A stretch of 64,000 nucleotides of DNA from Nitrospirales bacterium (GTDB taxonomy: Bacteria; Nitrospirota; Nitrospiria; Nitrospirales; UBA8639): contig CBDCWC010000002.1 of NCBI GenBank assembly GCA_965223295.1, forward strand, positions 305,101-369,100. Reading direction: 5' to 3'. Below the pieces are notes generated by a model. The model made no database searches and was not told the DNA's origin. It saw only the letters and a list, made by a program, of their open reading frames with translations. Numbering within the stretch: the first letter of the stretch is position 1; each line of letters begins with the position of its first letter. A program made the translations under genes and the position numbers. Shown piece by piece: positions 1 to 10,900 of the stretch.

Positions 1-23
1 CAAGTTCTCAACATGTTCATCCC

Positions 24-3000
24 GTGGGGATGACATCTCAATCAGCAGAGTGGGCAGAAAAGCTCAAAGGGCAAACCGTCGTGGAAAACTCTGTCGAAGG
101 ACGAGCGGAGCGGGCTGCCAAAGTTGAGCTTCAGCATCAACGTCTTATGGACCAAATGCAAAAAGAAATGGACCACAAGGGGGCAGATACCGGCACCTTT
201 AATGGGATGTCCATGATGCATCAGTATGGTGGAGGAAAAGGGAATGGGTTGCTGATGTCTGATCCGGATGTTCAGCCTGTGTCAAATAAGGGTGGACGAT
301 GTCCCGCAGGAGCGCCGGTCAAAGAGTATGATGTTTCCGCTATTAATGTGGAAATTACTCTGAATGCGTGGTTGGACTATTATCCGGGGTATATGTATGT
401 CTTGACCGAAAATCTGGACAAGGTTCGTGCCGAAGAGGCAAAGAATGCTGCAGCTCGAGAGACGCCAGGTCACAGTGATCCCGGTGGAATTATTGCGGGG
501 GTGCAGAATCAGTGGATTCAACCCTTGGTCATTCGTGGCAATCAAGGGGATTGTGTCAAAATTGCTTTGCGTAACCAGTTAGAATTTGGCGAAGAAGTCA
601 GTCTGCACATTCACGGTTCGGATATGGTGATGAGCGATACGGGGAAACCTGCTCTTACGACCAACCCGGCTTCGGTAGCTGGAGAAGGCCAAACCGTTAA
701 TATGGAATGGTACATTCATCCTGATACGCAAGAAGGTGGTCGCCAATTCCATACCAATGGGAGCAATGATCGTGAGCTCACGGTTATGGGCCTTGCTGGT
801 GCATTCATCGTCGAACCTCGGGGTTCCAAGTATTGGGAGCCGTTGGGGACCGGTCCGGCCACAGTGGCCAAGAGTGGCTGGCAGGTGATGATCGAAAATG
901 GGACGGGACCGGCCTTTCGAGAATTCGTCGTCATTTACCATGAGATCGGCGATGAAGCCTTCCGGCCTGTCAATAAGCATGGGGACTTCCTTCCACAGCG
1001 AGATCCGTTGACGGATGCCTATAGACCTGGCGCCCGGGCGCTAAATTACCGAAGCGAACCGTTTGGCATCAACAACATGCATATTCAACATGAGTACTTT
1101 GGGTTTGAAGACGAGTCCATGGCGTATAGCAGTTATACCTTTGCTGATGCCTCTCCGACGATTCCCCGGAGCTATTTAGGCGACCCAGCAAAGTTCCGTA
1201 TTATTCACGGTGGTTCAGAAGTGTTTCATTCCCATCATCCACATGGAGGATCGATACGCTGGCAGCGCAGCCCCAGGGCCACGCAAATGCCGGTTTGGAG
1301 TACCGGACAAAACGGACCACAAAAATATCCGGTCATCCGGACAAAATCTGATCGGGTTGATGTGGAACTCATCGGTCCAGCAGAAGCGTTGGATATGGAA
1401 ACCGAATGTGGTTCAGGTTTGTGCCAATGGTTGGCTGGAGACTTTTTATATCACTGCCATGTTGCACATCACTATGTGGCGGGCATGTGGGGATACTGGC
1501 GAGTGTACAACACCCTCCAAGTGCCTGGTTTCCAAAATGACGTGATGCCGCCAGTTCGTGAGCTTCCTGATCGAATTGGTCGGATTACCAAGCCAGTGAC
1601 TTCGGACAAATTGGTTGGGAAGACTGTCAATTGGTTTGGAGATCTCTTTAAGATTGTGGCTAGTGGGAAAAGCGACTGGAAGAGTGATCCACCGGTCGTC
1701 ACAATCAAAGATTGGGTAGAAATGCAGTTAGCGAACCAAGGAAAACCTGGAAACACGGATGATGAAAAAGGCCAGCTTGTCGCCTATGACGCCACCGTGA
1801 TGGATTGGGTGTGGGATGGTAATACAGCCATGAGTGAAAAAGAGGCCACTCTGGGGAAAAACCCTAAATACCAACCAGAATGGCAGGGGTATAAACCAGG
1901 AGAACGGCGACCTATTTGGTTTGAGCCAAAAACCGGAAAGGTTGCTTGGCCATGGCTGACTCCGCATTTTGGAAAACGGGTACCCTTCTCTAAGGATCAT
2001 AATGGAGCGCCATGGCTTGAACCCATCAAGCATGCTGAGGATGGAACGCCTAGCGTCTATCCTGCGCAGCCCGGAGAAAACGGACGGTGGAGTCTCTGTC
2101 CAGAGCGGGCTGGTCGTCAAGAATATAATGTTCACTTCATCGAAACCGAGATCACGTTAGCGGATGCTCAGGGGAGTGAACCGGCGATCGTAGATAAGCA
2201 TGGGTTGATCTATGTCGTTCATGAAGAGGAAGAGGCCGTGCGAGCCAATAACGACCTGAAGTATCCTCTGATTTTGCGAGCCAATATTTATGATTGCGTG
2301 GATTGGCTCCTCACAAGTGAATGGACGGACGATGATCTCACGAACTTCCAATCATCGAAAATTAATACCCATTTTCACTTCATTCAGTTTGATAACCAAG
2401 CCTCGGATGGTGTGATTTCGGGTTTTTCGTATGAACAGTCCATGCGACCGTTCCATCAGTTTAAGAAAGAAAAGAAAAAAGGATTGCCGGTCCCGATGAA
2501 CGCCAAGCTGACCAAGGCGGCCAAGGCCGGTGATAAGACTATCCATATTAGTAATGCCAAACAGTATCATGTTGGGATCCCCATCATGGTCGGCGTGGAT
2601 CAGGTAGGTAAATGGGAAATCGTTCGAATTGCTAAAATCGACGGGAAGACCCTGACCTTTACTCATCCGTTGAAACACGACCATGCCGTTGGTGAGATCG
2701 CGACAGTGGAATACGTCTGGCAGCGGTTCTGGGCTGATGCGGATGTCGGCACCACCTTCTGGCACGATCATGCTTTCGGTGGAACCACTTGGCCTCATGG
2801 GGCGGTGGGAACGATTATCATTGAGCCCTTCGGATCAACATGGCATAACGCAAAAACCGGGGAACGTATTCGCACCGGTCCAATTGCTGATATTCACAAT
2901 ACTGAGCGGATTGGTCATGATGTTGGCGGCAGCTTCCGTGAATATATGCTGCACATTCAAGATACGGTTCCGCATACGGTCAATGTCGTGACTGCCGGGA

Positions 3001-4787
3001 ATCCTCCTGGGCAGCCGGTAGAAGTAGCGTTGGAGGCTGGAAGAACGGTGGCCTTCATTATGCCTGCGACTGAATTGATCAAAATGACGCCTATGCCATT
3101 CCTCAATGGAGGAACGCACACGACAGGAGGGACGTTTAACTGGAGGGCTGAGCCGTTTGCCCAACGGTTGGCGAACAATCCGGATACCTCGCAACTCTTT
3201 AGCAGTGCGGCGCATGGTGATCCATTTACGCCGATGCTTCGTGCATATGTGGGAGATACGATGGTGCTTCGGATGTTGGATGTGACCATGAATGAAAGTA
3301 ATGTTATGACGCTCGCAGGGCATACGTTCTTGTCAGAGCGGTATGCTGAAGATGCCAATCGGAAAAACTCGTTGCATATTGGTATCGCAGAGCGGTATGA
3401 CTTGGTTCTGCCAGATGCCGGCGGACCACGGCGGCAATCTGGAGACTACATGCTCTTCAACGGAAGATTTTCAAAATTTTCTGAAGGGTCGTGGGGAATT
3501 ATTCGAGTGCTCGACAAGCCTGTTGACGATCTCCAACCCTTGCCAAATCAGGCAACGGGTAGTGAGGGGATTCCCGAGGCACTGCCTGTGTGCCCGGATG
3601 ATGCTCCAGTGAAAAAATTCAATGTGGTCGCCATTGACTATCCGCAAATGGACTTTAATCCGAATGTGCCCGAAGCCATTGAAGTGGACTTTGAGCGAAA
3701 GATTGAGGTCAAAAATCCTGACGCCAAGATTTATGTCTTGGAAGAAGATTTGACGCGGGTAGCCGGTGAGCAACCGATGCCGCTGACGCTGCGGGTTAAC
3801 GTGGGCGATTGTATGAAAGTGAAGCTCACGAATAAGATGAAGGAAAGTCGGGCATCGTTCTCTGCCATGGGTATGGCCTTTGATCCAAAGGATTCTTTGG
3901 GGGTGAACCTCGGAAACAATCCTGGAGATCAAACTGTGGCCCCAGGCGAGAGTCGGACCTACACCTACTATGCCGATCCCTTCAACGGGGAAATGCAAAT
4001 GGTGGTGTGGGATTTCGGAAATGTCGCGATGAACGTCAGAAATGGGTTGTTCGGAGGAGTGATCATTGGTCCGGAAGGGTCACAGTATCGAGATCCTAAA
4101 ACCGGAGCGGACATTTCTCTGAAAAATAGCTGGGTCGCTGACGTGATCGTGGACCGGACGATCCCGGGCCAAGAAAATCGCGCCAATTACCGTGATGCGG
4201 CCTTGTATTTCCAAGACGAGGACAACATCATGGGGACCGCCTTCATGCCCTATGTGCAGAATGTGGCAGGTCTCACGGGCGTGAACTATCGGACGGAACC
4301 TTATCCGTACCGAGAAGAAGCCGGATGTTCGTTGGGCCGGATGTTCCAGCCTTGTGAGGTAGATAATCCAAAAGATCCAGTCACGCCCACCATTATGGCC
4401 CATTCAGGTGATGCGGTCCGGATCCATGTCTTTGGCGCGGCGAGTGAACAGAATGGGATGTTCACCATTGAAGACCATGAATGGCCGATTGAGCCATTTA
4501 TGGAAGGCGCTGACATGATTAGCACGGTAGAATTTGCCAGTTCTGAAGGGTTAGATGTGTTCCTGTCCTCAGCTGGTGGTCGTAATGCCAATAGTGGTGA
4601 TTATGTTTGGTCCAATGGGCGGCTGAATTATGCCCAGTCAGGCCAATGGGGTTACTTCCGAGTATTGCCTCCAAATGATCAAAGGATTCAATCACTCCGA
4701 GGAACCGCATCGGCCGGAAGTAAATCAGCTGAATTGGATCAGGATCAAGCTGAGCCCATTAAGCCTACCCCCACGTCTTTTAAATAA
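24..4787 (+). CDS. Large multi-domain multicopper oxidase (MnxG/ceruloplasmin-like), 5'-partial
   Basis: 1587-aa ORF with Cu-ligand motifs SLHIHG, HSHHPHGG, LYHCHVAHHYVAGMWG (type-1 HCH-x3-H-x3-GM), NTHFHF, FWHDH. The frame stays open to the window edge (SSQHVHP before the GTG at 24), so the true start is probably upstream. Confidence 0.85.
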   Translation: MGMTSQSAEWAEKLKGQTVVENSVEGRAERAAKVELQHQRLMDQMQKEMDHKGADTGTFNGMSMMHQYGGGKGNGLLMSDPDVQPVSNKGGRCPAGAPVKEYDVSAINVEITLNAWLDYYPGYMYVLTENLDKVRAEEAKNAAARETPGHSDPGGIIAGVQNQWIQPLVIRGNQGDCVKIALRNQLEFGEEVSLHIHGSDMVMSDTGKPALTTNPASVAGEGQTVNMEWYIHPDTQEGGRQFHTNGSNDRELTVMGLAGAFIVEPRGSKYWEPLGTGPATVAKSGWQVMIENGTGPAFREFVVIYHEIGDEAFRPVNKHGDFLPQRDPLTDAYRPGARALNYRSEPFGINNMHIQHEYFGFEDESMAYSSYTFADASPTIPRSYLGDPAKFRIIHGGSEVFHSHHPHGGSIRWQRSPRATQMPVWSTGQNGPQKYPVIRTKSDRVDVELIGPAEALDMETECGSGLCQWLAGDFLYHCHVAHHYVAGMWGYWRVYNTLQVPGFQNDVMPPVRELPDRIGRITKPVTSDKLVGKTVNWFGDLFKIVASGKSDWKSDPPVVTIKDWVEMQLANQGKPGNTDDEKGQLVAYDATVMDWVWDGNTAMSEKEATLGKNPKYQPEWQGYKPGERRPIWFEPKTGKVAWPWLTPHFGKRVPFSKDHNGAPWLEPIKHAEDGTPSVYPAQPGENGRWSLCPERAGRQEYNVHFIETEITLADAQGSEPAIVDKHGLIYVVHEEEEAVRANNDLKYPLILRANIYDCVDWLLTSEWTDDDLTNFQSSKINTHFHFIQFDNQASDGVISGFSYEQSMRPFHQFKKEKKKGLPVPMNAKLTKAAKAGDKTIHISNAKQYHVGIPIMVGVDQVGKWEIVRIAKIDGKTLTFTHPLKHDHAVGEIATVEYVWQRFWADADVGTTFWHDHAFGGTTWPHGAVGTIIIEPFGSTWHNAKTGERIRTGPIADIHNTERIGHDVGGSFREYMLHIQDTVPHTVNVVTAGNPPGQPVEVALEAGRTVAFIMPATELIKMTPMPFLNGGTHTTGGTFNWRAEPFAQRLANNPDTSQLFSSAAHGDPFTPMLRAYVGDTMVLRMLDVTMNESNVMTLAGHTFLSERYAEDANRKNSLHIGIAERYDLVLPDAGGPRRQSGDYMLFNGRFSKFSEGSWGIIRVLDKPVDDLQPLPNQATGSEGIPEALPVCPDDAPVKKFNVVAIDYPQMDFNPNVPEAIEVDFERKIEVKNPDAKIYVLEEDLTRVAGEQPMPLTLRVNVGDCMKVKLTNKMKESRASFSAMGMAFDPKDSLGVNLGNNPGDQTVAPGESRTYTYYADPFNGEMQMVVWDFGNVAMNVRNGLFGGVIIGPEGSQYRDPKTGADISLKNSWVADVIVDRTIPGQENRANYRDAALYFQDEDNIMGTAFMPYVQNVAGLTGVNYRTEPYPYREEAGCSLGRMFQPCEVDNPKDPVTPTIMAHSGDAVRIHVFGAASEQNGMFTIEDHEWPIEPFMEGADMISTVEFASSEGLDVFLSSAGGRNANSGDYVWSNGRLNYAQSGQWGYFRVLPPNDQRIQSLRGTASAGSKSAELDQDQAEPIKPTPTSFK

Positions 4788-4821
4788 CCGAAAGCGGTTA
4801 GAGAAACGCGGGGAGGTTCTG

Positions 4822-4858
4822 AACGGGGGAGTCCTCAATGGGCTCCCCCGTTTTTTTT
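4822..4858 (+). terminator. Rho-independent terminator
   Basis: AACGGGGGAG...CTCCCCCGTT hairpin followed by a T run, about 35 bp after the oxidase stop. Confidence 0.9.
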
Positions 4859-4958
4859 GATGACGATGGAATAATTGAGAGTATTGAATAATACAAAACT
4901 AATACAAAACATAAAAGGCAAATTTGCTCATGATCACGTCGGGTAGCAAAAGTTTCGG

Positions 4959-5078
4959 AGGCGGTTCAAAAAAGTTCATCCGGCAAGGCCGCAGCCATTT
5001 TTGCGCGTAGAGCGTACTGGTCCTACGTGAGCACGGAACAATGGCGAGAACGCCGCTGGTGACTTTTTTCAACAGCCC
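4959..5078. mobile_element. MITE/REP-like element, family A, copy 1 (120 bp)
   Basis: Imperfect terminal inverted repeats AGGCGGTTCAAAAAAGTT / GGGCTGTTGAAAAAAGTC; closely similar to 12331-12450 along its whole length. Confidence 0.8.
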
Positions 5079-5149
5079 CTAATTTTACTTTGGGCAATTC
5101 AGGAGAGGATTTGTGTATAATCAACTGAGATGAGATTGCGCAATGCCCA

Positions 5150-6034
5150 TTGTCTCCGAAAAGTGGGACAGGTATGAGTGGAACGATGATGACTTCTTTA
5201 GGAACGATGATGACTTCTTTACTGAAAACACATTTATGTATGCCTTTCATGTTGAGCTGTTGTTTGGCTTTGGGAGCAGGAATGATTGGCTGTCAGAATG
5301 TCGAAGCTAATTATCAGGAGGGTGTTACAGCGCTGGAAGCCGGCGAATATGAAAAGGCCTTGAAGCAATTTCGTTCGGCTGCCGAGGCTGGGCATGCGGG
5401 AGCTCAGGCTGCTCTTGGAGAACTCTATGTGAGTGGAAAGGGAACTGATCGTAATGCGTTGGAAGCCGCGAAGTGGTACCGACTGGCTGCTGAGCAGGGT
5501 CATGTGGATGCACAAGTGACGTTGGGATGGATGTTCAATGCAGGCACTGGGGTTCCTCAGGACTTTACCGAAGCCATTAAGTGGTTTCAATTAGCTGCAG
5601 AGCAAGGACATCCAGGTGCGCAAAACAATTTGGGGGTTCTATATCGTCAAGGGCGAGGAGACCAAAATGATGTGAAAAAGGCTGTGGGCTGGTTCCAAAA
5701 AGCCGCAAACCAGGAGATGGCTCCAGCCCAATATGCACTCGGGCAAATGTATTTGAATGGTGAAGGTGTTGAGCAAAGTGTGGTGAAGGCTGTTAAGTGG
5801 TATACGCGAGCAGCGGCACAGGGTCTTTTAGAGGCTCAGGCTGACTTAGGGTATTTATATGCTTCACGGGAAGATAAAGTCCCACAAGATTTTCTCATTG
5901 CCTATAAATGGCTAACATTGGCGGCCCAAAAAGGGGACAGGATCGCTAAAAAAGATCTGGAAAAGTTGGAGCTCACGATGACCCCTGACCAAATCAAGAA
6001 AGCGAAAGAGCTTGTTAGGAAAGAGGCTGGCTGA
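5150..6034 (+). CDS. Sel1-like repeat (TPR) protein, probable lipoprotein
   Basis: Repeated A-x-x-W-F/Y-x-x-AAEQG-H-x-x-AQ-x-x-LG-x-x-Y-x-x-G units; hydrophobic segment ending in MIGC (lipobox-like). Start uncertain, possibly ATG 5240. Confidence 0.85.
   Translation: MSPKSGTGMSGTMMTSLGTMMTSLLKTHLCMPFMLSCCLALGAGMIGCQNVEANYQEGVTALEAGEYEKALKQFRSAAEAGHAGAQAALGELYVSGKGTDRNALEAAKWYRLAAEQGHVDAQVTLGWMFNAGTGVPQDFTEAIKWFQLAAEQGHPGAQNNLGVLYRQGRGDQNDVKKAVGWFQKAANQEMAPAQYALGQMYLNGEGVEQSVVKAVKWYTRAAAQGLLEAQADLGYLYASREDKVPQDFLIAYKWLTLAAQKGDRIAKKDLEKLELTMTPDQIKKAKELVRKEAG
5180..5221 (+). repeat. Perfect 21-bp tandem duplication
   Basis: GGAACGATGATGACTTCTTTA twice, in frame (GTMMTSL x2) at the 5' end of the Sel1 ORF. 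Confidence 0.9.
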
Positions 6035-6104
6035 TGAAGACGATGTTTTTATCATATAAAGTGGATAACCCCCTAGATAAGGTCATTGATATGTGGAGGA
6101 ACTC

Positions 6105-7025
6105 ATGAATTGGAAATTATCTGTTATAGGAGTCATTGGGATAGGGTTCGGACTATTCCTAGAGGCACCAGTTTGGTCCTACGAGGAAATCAAAGTTACA
6201 AATGGAGGAACAATCCAGGGTGCGGTGACCATCGAAGGGGGGAAGCCGAGGCCCATGGCCTTCAATTTGGTGACGATTCCAGACCCGGTGTTTTGTGGAA
6301 CCATTTCTACAGGGACAGGATGGCGTCTTGTGGATGATTTTATCATTGGGCCCAAGGGAGAATTAAAGGATGTCGTGGTCATGCTCAAGGGCGTGACCAA
6401 AGGCAAACCATTTTCATTGCCGAAGGTCAGGATTGAGTCAATCGATTGTGAGTTTCTTCCATTTGTGAACGTCATTAAGGATCGCGATGAAATTGAAGTT
6501 GTGAACATGGATCCAGTCGAACATGATATTCAAGGTTATGAAACGGCCAGAAAGCGTGGTGCCCGAGTTCTGTTTAATCGACCGTTACCCATGAATCCTT
6601 TTCTTGAGTATGCGGGGATGTTTGGGAAGAAATATATGGCGGGCGAACCCATGGTAGAACAAATTCACTTACGAAAAGGGCGGAATGTATTTGTGATGCA
6701 ATGTGGATTTCATCCCTATATGTTTTCCTGGGGATTAGTTGCCGAGAATCCGTATTTTTCTATCACCAAAGAAGATGGCAAGTTTATGATTAAGGATATA
6801 CCTCCAGGAGAATATGTATTGGCGGCCTGGCATCCAGGGGTCAATAAGTTTATAGAACAAACGGTGAACGTCAAAGCCAAGGGTATGACTTCGGCACAAT
6901 TTACCTTTCAGTCGCCGCAGGGTCGGCGGAGTGCTCATGAAATAGAAGACAACCCTCGGTTTGGGTTAGAGTTATTGGAAGAGGGACAGGAAATTGTTCC
7001 ATCGAAACGTCGGCAAATTCCGTAG
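6105..7025 (+). CDS. Secreted protein with carboxypeptidase-regulatory-like (Ig/cupredoxin-like) domain
   Basis: Signal peptide, GGTIQGAV N-terminus, QCGFHPYM, DIPPGEYVLAAWHP. Start placed at ATG 6105 after GGAGG. Confidence 0.7.
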   Translation: MNWKLSVIGVIGIGFGLFLEAPVWSYEEIKVTNGGTIQGAVTIEGGKPRPMAFNLVTIPDPVFCGTISTGTGWRLVDDFIIGPKGELKDVVVMLKGVTKGKPFSLPKVRIESIDCEFLPFVNVIKDRDEIEVVNMDPVEHDIQGYETARKRGARVLFNRPLPMNPFLEYAGMFGKKYMAGEPMVEQIHLRKGRNVFVMQCGFHPYMFSWGLVAENPYFSITKEDGKFMIKDIPPGEYVLAAWHPGVNKFIEQTVNVKAKGMTSAQFTFQSPQGRRSAHEIEDNPRFGLELLEEGQEIVPSKRRQIP

Positions 7026-7156
7026 GGCGCTGTGGCGTGTGAGGGGGCTTGAGCACTATGGACAAAACTGAGGAACGAACCCAATATTCCTGAAGATCAT
7101 TCTGACCGGTTCGAAGTCTTTCCACGAGTTCTATAATGGCGAAAGGAGGGGCAGTT

Positions 7157-7777
7157 ATGAACACGAAATGTCGTGTGGTCGGATTACTCGTGAGTTTCGT
7201 TTTTGTATTTGGGTCTATGGGAGCAGCCTTCGCTGCTGATGAGGAGACGGTTGAAGTCAGCTTTTCACCTGAAGTTGTGGCTAATTATATTCATGCCGTT
7301 ATTGCAGCGGATCGCGGGTTGTATACCACTCATGTGGTGGACCGATTGCAGGAAGAGCGCGTAGTGGTGGCCGTTGAAGCGTGGAAGCAACGAAAGGCCC
7401 TTCCGCTCCCTGCACAAATGTTGCTCATGGCGGGACGTGTTGTCGAAATGGGTGGGTCTGGTCTTCTCTATCGCCTGGCAAGTCTCTGGCCTATTTATGA
7501 GGAAAATGGCCCAAGTAACGTCTTTGAAGAAGCAGGGTTGAAAGTGGTGGCTGAGGATCCTGATGAGGTTTATAGCGGCATTATCACGAGAGGGGACAAA
7601 CGATTTTTTAAGGCCATCTATGCAGATCGAGCGGTCTCTAAGGCCTGTGTAAATTGCCACAATGGACATATTTTGAGCGGCAAGCGAGACTTTAAGTTGG
7701 GGGATGTCATGGGGGGGATTATCATCTCGTTCCCTTTACCCATGGAAAAAAATGAATCCCCTGATTCGGCTGGTTAA
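7157..7777 (+). CDS. Tll0287/DUF3365-like c-type heme protein
   Basis: Signal peptide, single CxxCH (CVNCH) followed by FKLGDVMGGIIISFP; RBS AAGGAGGGG before ATG 7157. Confidence 0.75.
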   Translation: MNTKCRVVGLLVSFVFVFGSMGAAFAADEETVEVSFSPEVVANYIHAVIAADRGLYTTHVVDRLQEERVVVAVEAWKQRKALPLPAQMLLMAGRVVEMGGSGLLYRLASLWPIYEENGPSNVFEEAGLKVVAEDPDEVYSGIITRGDKRFFKAIYADRAVSKACVNCHNGHILSGKRDFKLGDVMGGIIISFPLPMEKNESPDSAG

Positions 7778-7811
7778 TCTTAGGGGGCGTTGTTCTATTC
7801 GGTTAACTTTC

Positions 7812-7893
7812 AGGGTCTGTTGAAAAAGGCCGTTGACCGCCAAGGTTTTCCTGTGACATGTGGCCCTCGGTATCTTCATGTTTCAACGCTCCT
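7812..7893. repeat. Possible degenerate short MITE related to family A
   Basis: Ends AGGGTCTGTTGAAAAAG and reverse-complement AGGAGCGTTGAAAC resemble family A termini; lies in a convergent gene junction; interior not clearly homologous. Confidence 0.35.
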
Positions 7894-7906
7894 CATGTAG
7901 AACTAT

Positions 7907-10900
7907 TCAAGAGAGAAGCTGTTTCGTGATAGCTCCCTGATCGTAAAATTGGCGAGGTTCAATCATTAACGCGTTTTTGTGACTTTCAGACACATTCCAT
8001 ATTGGTTGAAATCGTTGCACCAAAAGGCTAATGGAATGTGTGTCTCGTTGCAAAATGCCTCCGATAATTAATAAACAATTATCGGAAAAAATCTCATTTT
8101 GTTGTTTATTGGCAAACACATGATGTGGAATGGCCAAATCCAGAAAACCAAACTCATCTTCTAATGTGCCGAATGTCATGCCCTTGGCTGTTTGTGGCCG
8201 CTGTCTGACCAGTAGTAATCCACAGACTGTAATCATTTGTCCATTTTCTGTTTGACGGGCCATTTGGGTTGATAGATAGGGCAAGATTAGAGCCTTTCTG
8301 AGTCCTTCCATCGGATGTCCATGGAGTGAAAGATGGAATGTGTTGTAATCTTCTGTGATCGTTTCGTGTTGACTGAGTTTGTGGAAAACAGGACGATCAA
8401 TACGACTCAATGGGAGAGGTGAAAATATATTGGGTTGTTGCGATTGATAGTTCAGTTGATATTCTAGGATTTGCCATAGACTATGGCGTTGATCGAGCCC
8501 GAAACATGAAAATACATTTCCCATTGCTAAACGATGGATGATATTGTTGCGTAATGTGACTCGGCGAAGAAAATCGTGCAAGTCATGAAATGGTCTTTGA
8601 TTGATGAGCTGTTGCGCTTGCCGTTTCTCTAATCCTTTGACCACGCGCCATCCCAAACGTACGGCGTTGTTTTCTAGGGTACAGTCCCACTGTGATTGAT
8701 TAGGGTGAACGGGTAAAATTTGTACGCCATGGCGTTTAGCATCGTCAATGAGCGTGTGGACAGCATAGAATCCCAGAGGCTGGGAGTTAATGAGCGCGCA
8801 CAAAAAGATAGCTGGATAATGACATTTCACATATGCCGAGGCGTAGGCTAACAGCGCAAAACTTGCTGAGTGGCTTTCAGGAAATCCATATTGCGCAAAG
8901 CCTTTGATCTGTTGAAAGACACGTTCAGCAAAGGTTTGGGGAAGTCCGTTTCGTTGTAAGCCAGCCATTAAACGTGCGCCAGTTTTTTCAATAGAGCCTT
9001 CCGAACGCCATGCCGCAATCGCGCGGCGCAACTCATCAGCTTCTCCCGGTGTAAAGTCTGCCAGCTCAATAGCCATTTTCATGACTTGTTCTTGAAACAG
9101 CGGAATGCCGAGGGTTTTGCCTAAAATAGTCCTGAGCTTTGGATGAGGATAGTCGACTTCCTCTATCTTGCGGCGTCGTTTCAAATACGGGTGAACCATT
9201 TTTCCTTGGATTGGGCCTGGACGAACGATAGCAATTTGAATGACGAGGTCATAAAAATTTTTTGGCAAGAGCCGGCCCAGCATTGAGATTTGGGCGCGGC
9301 TTTCAATTTGAAAGGTTCCAACGGTGTCAGCATGTTGAATCATGCGAAATGTCTTCGGGTCATTGGCAGGAATTTCGTGGAGCTGCATGCCAATCGCATC
9401 CAGACTCTTTCGAAGGGTAGAAAGCATTCCCAGGGAAAGGATATCGATTTTCAAAAGCCCCAGATAGTCCAAGTCATACTTATCCCATTGAATGATCGTT
9501 CGTCCTTCCATGCGAGCGGGTTCAACAGGCACGATGTCAATGATTGGATCAGCCGATAGGGTAAAGCCTCCACTATGAATAGAAAGATGACGAGGAAATC
9601 CTTTCATCTCTTCGGTGAGTTCTTCGACCTGTTGTTGGCAATGTGGAATGTTCGTCTTGGCTGCTAACGAATCAAAGTTCTTCTCTATGTTTTTTGCTGA
9701 TTGATTGCCAATGTTCAAGCCTAGGCTTTTACTGACTTCACGAAAGGCCTGACGACGACGATAGGTCACAACCGCGCTGATCATGGCGGCACGATCTCGG
9801 CCATACTTGTCATAGATATAATGGATTACTTCTTCCCGCCGTTCATGTTCAAAGTCCACATCGATATCAGGCGGCTCTCCACGTTCGGCCGAAATAAAAC
9901 GTTCAAATAGAAGATTCATCTGAACAGGATCAATGGCCGTAATGCCTAGGCAATAACACATCACACTGTTTGCAGCGGAGCCTCGCCCTTGGCAGAGGAT
10001 CTTTTGCTTTCTCGCAAATTGTACGATGTCATAAATTGTTAAAAAGTAATCGGCAAAGCCTAAGTTTTTTGTGAGCATGAGTTCATGCCGAATTTGCCGT
10101 GCGACCTCTTTTGGAATCTTTCCATGATAGCGTATACGGGCTCCTTGCCATGTTTCATGTTCTAAATAGCTTTGTGCGGTATGATTTTGTGGAATCCATT
10201 CTGAAGGGTAGCGATAGCGCAGCTCACTGGGACAAAAGGTACAACGTTCAGCAATCTCTAGAGTATTAGAAAGAGCTTCTGGTATATCAGCAAACAATTG
10301 CTGCATCAGTTGAGGTGACTTGAGGTAGTGCTCGTTGTTAGAGAACAATCTGAATCCACTAGATTGCACAGATTGCCCATGTCGAATGGCCGTGAGAACA
10401 TCATGCAACTTTTGGCGTTCAGACACGTGATAATGCACGTCATTAGAGGCCGCAATTTTGCTGCCCCACCTCTGAGCGAGTTTCCGTGCCGTGTTGAGAC
10501 GTTGTTGGTCATGGCCGTCTTTGAAACGAGATACAGGAATGTACAAACGATCGTCAAAGAGTGTTTTGAGGAGAGGAAACGGGGCCTGTTCATGGGGTAG
10601 GGCAAGCAGGCCGTCATGGCCAGGTCGTGTCATAAAGTGTTGCAATTCGTCAATCGTAAGCGAGGCTTTTCCTTTAGGCTTATCTTGATGGCTGGTCGTA
10701 ATCATTCGGCATAAAAGGCTATAGGCTTGGCGATCTTGTGCGAGGAGTGTAAGGCGGGGATGTTGGGAAAGTGCTAGCGAGGTACCAACAATTAACTTAA
10801 GTGCTGGATAGTGTTTGGCAGCCCAATAGGCTTTGGGAATCGCATAGACACCATCATGATCCGTAATGGCGATAGCTGATAGTCCAAGTTCGGCGGCGCG

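Noticed and set aside
282-4860. Many short ORFs overlapping the oxidase, and similar ones inside other long genes throughout the window
   Set aside because: Alternative-frame or antisense shadows of well-supported genes with no motifs or RBS.
5023-5250. 75-aa minus-strand ORF
   Set aside because: Made of MITE sequence and the reverse of the 21-bp duplication; overlaps the Sel1 gene.
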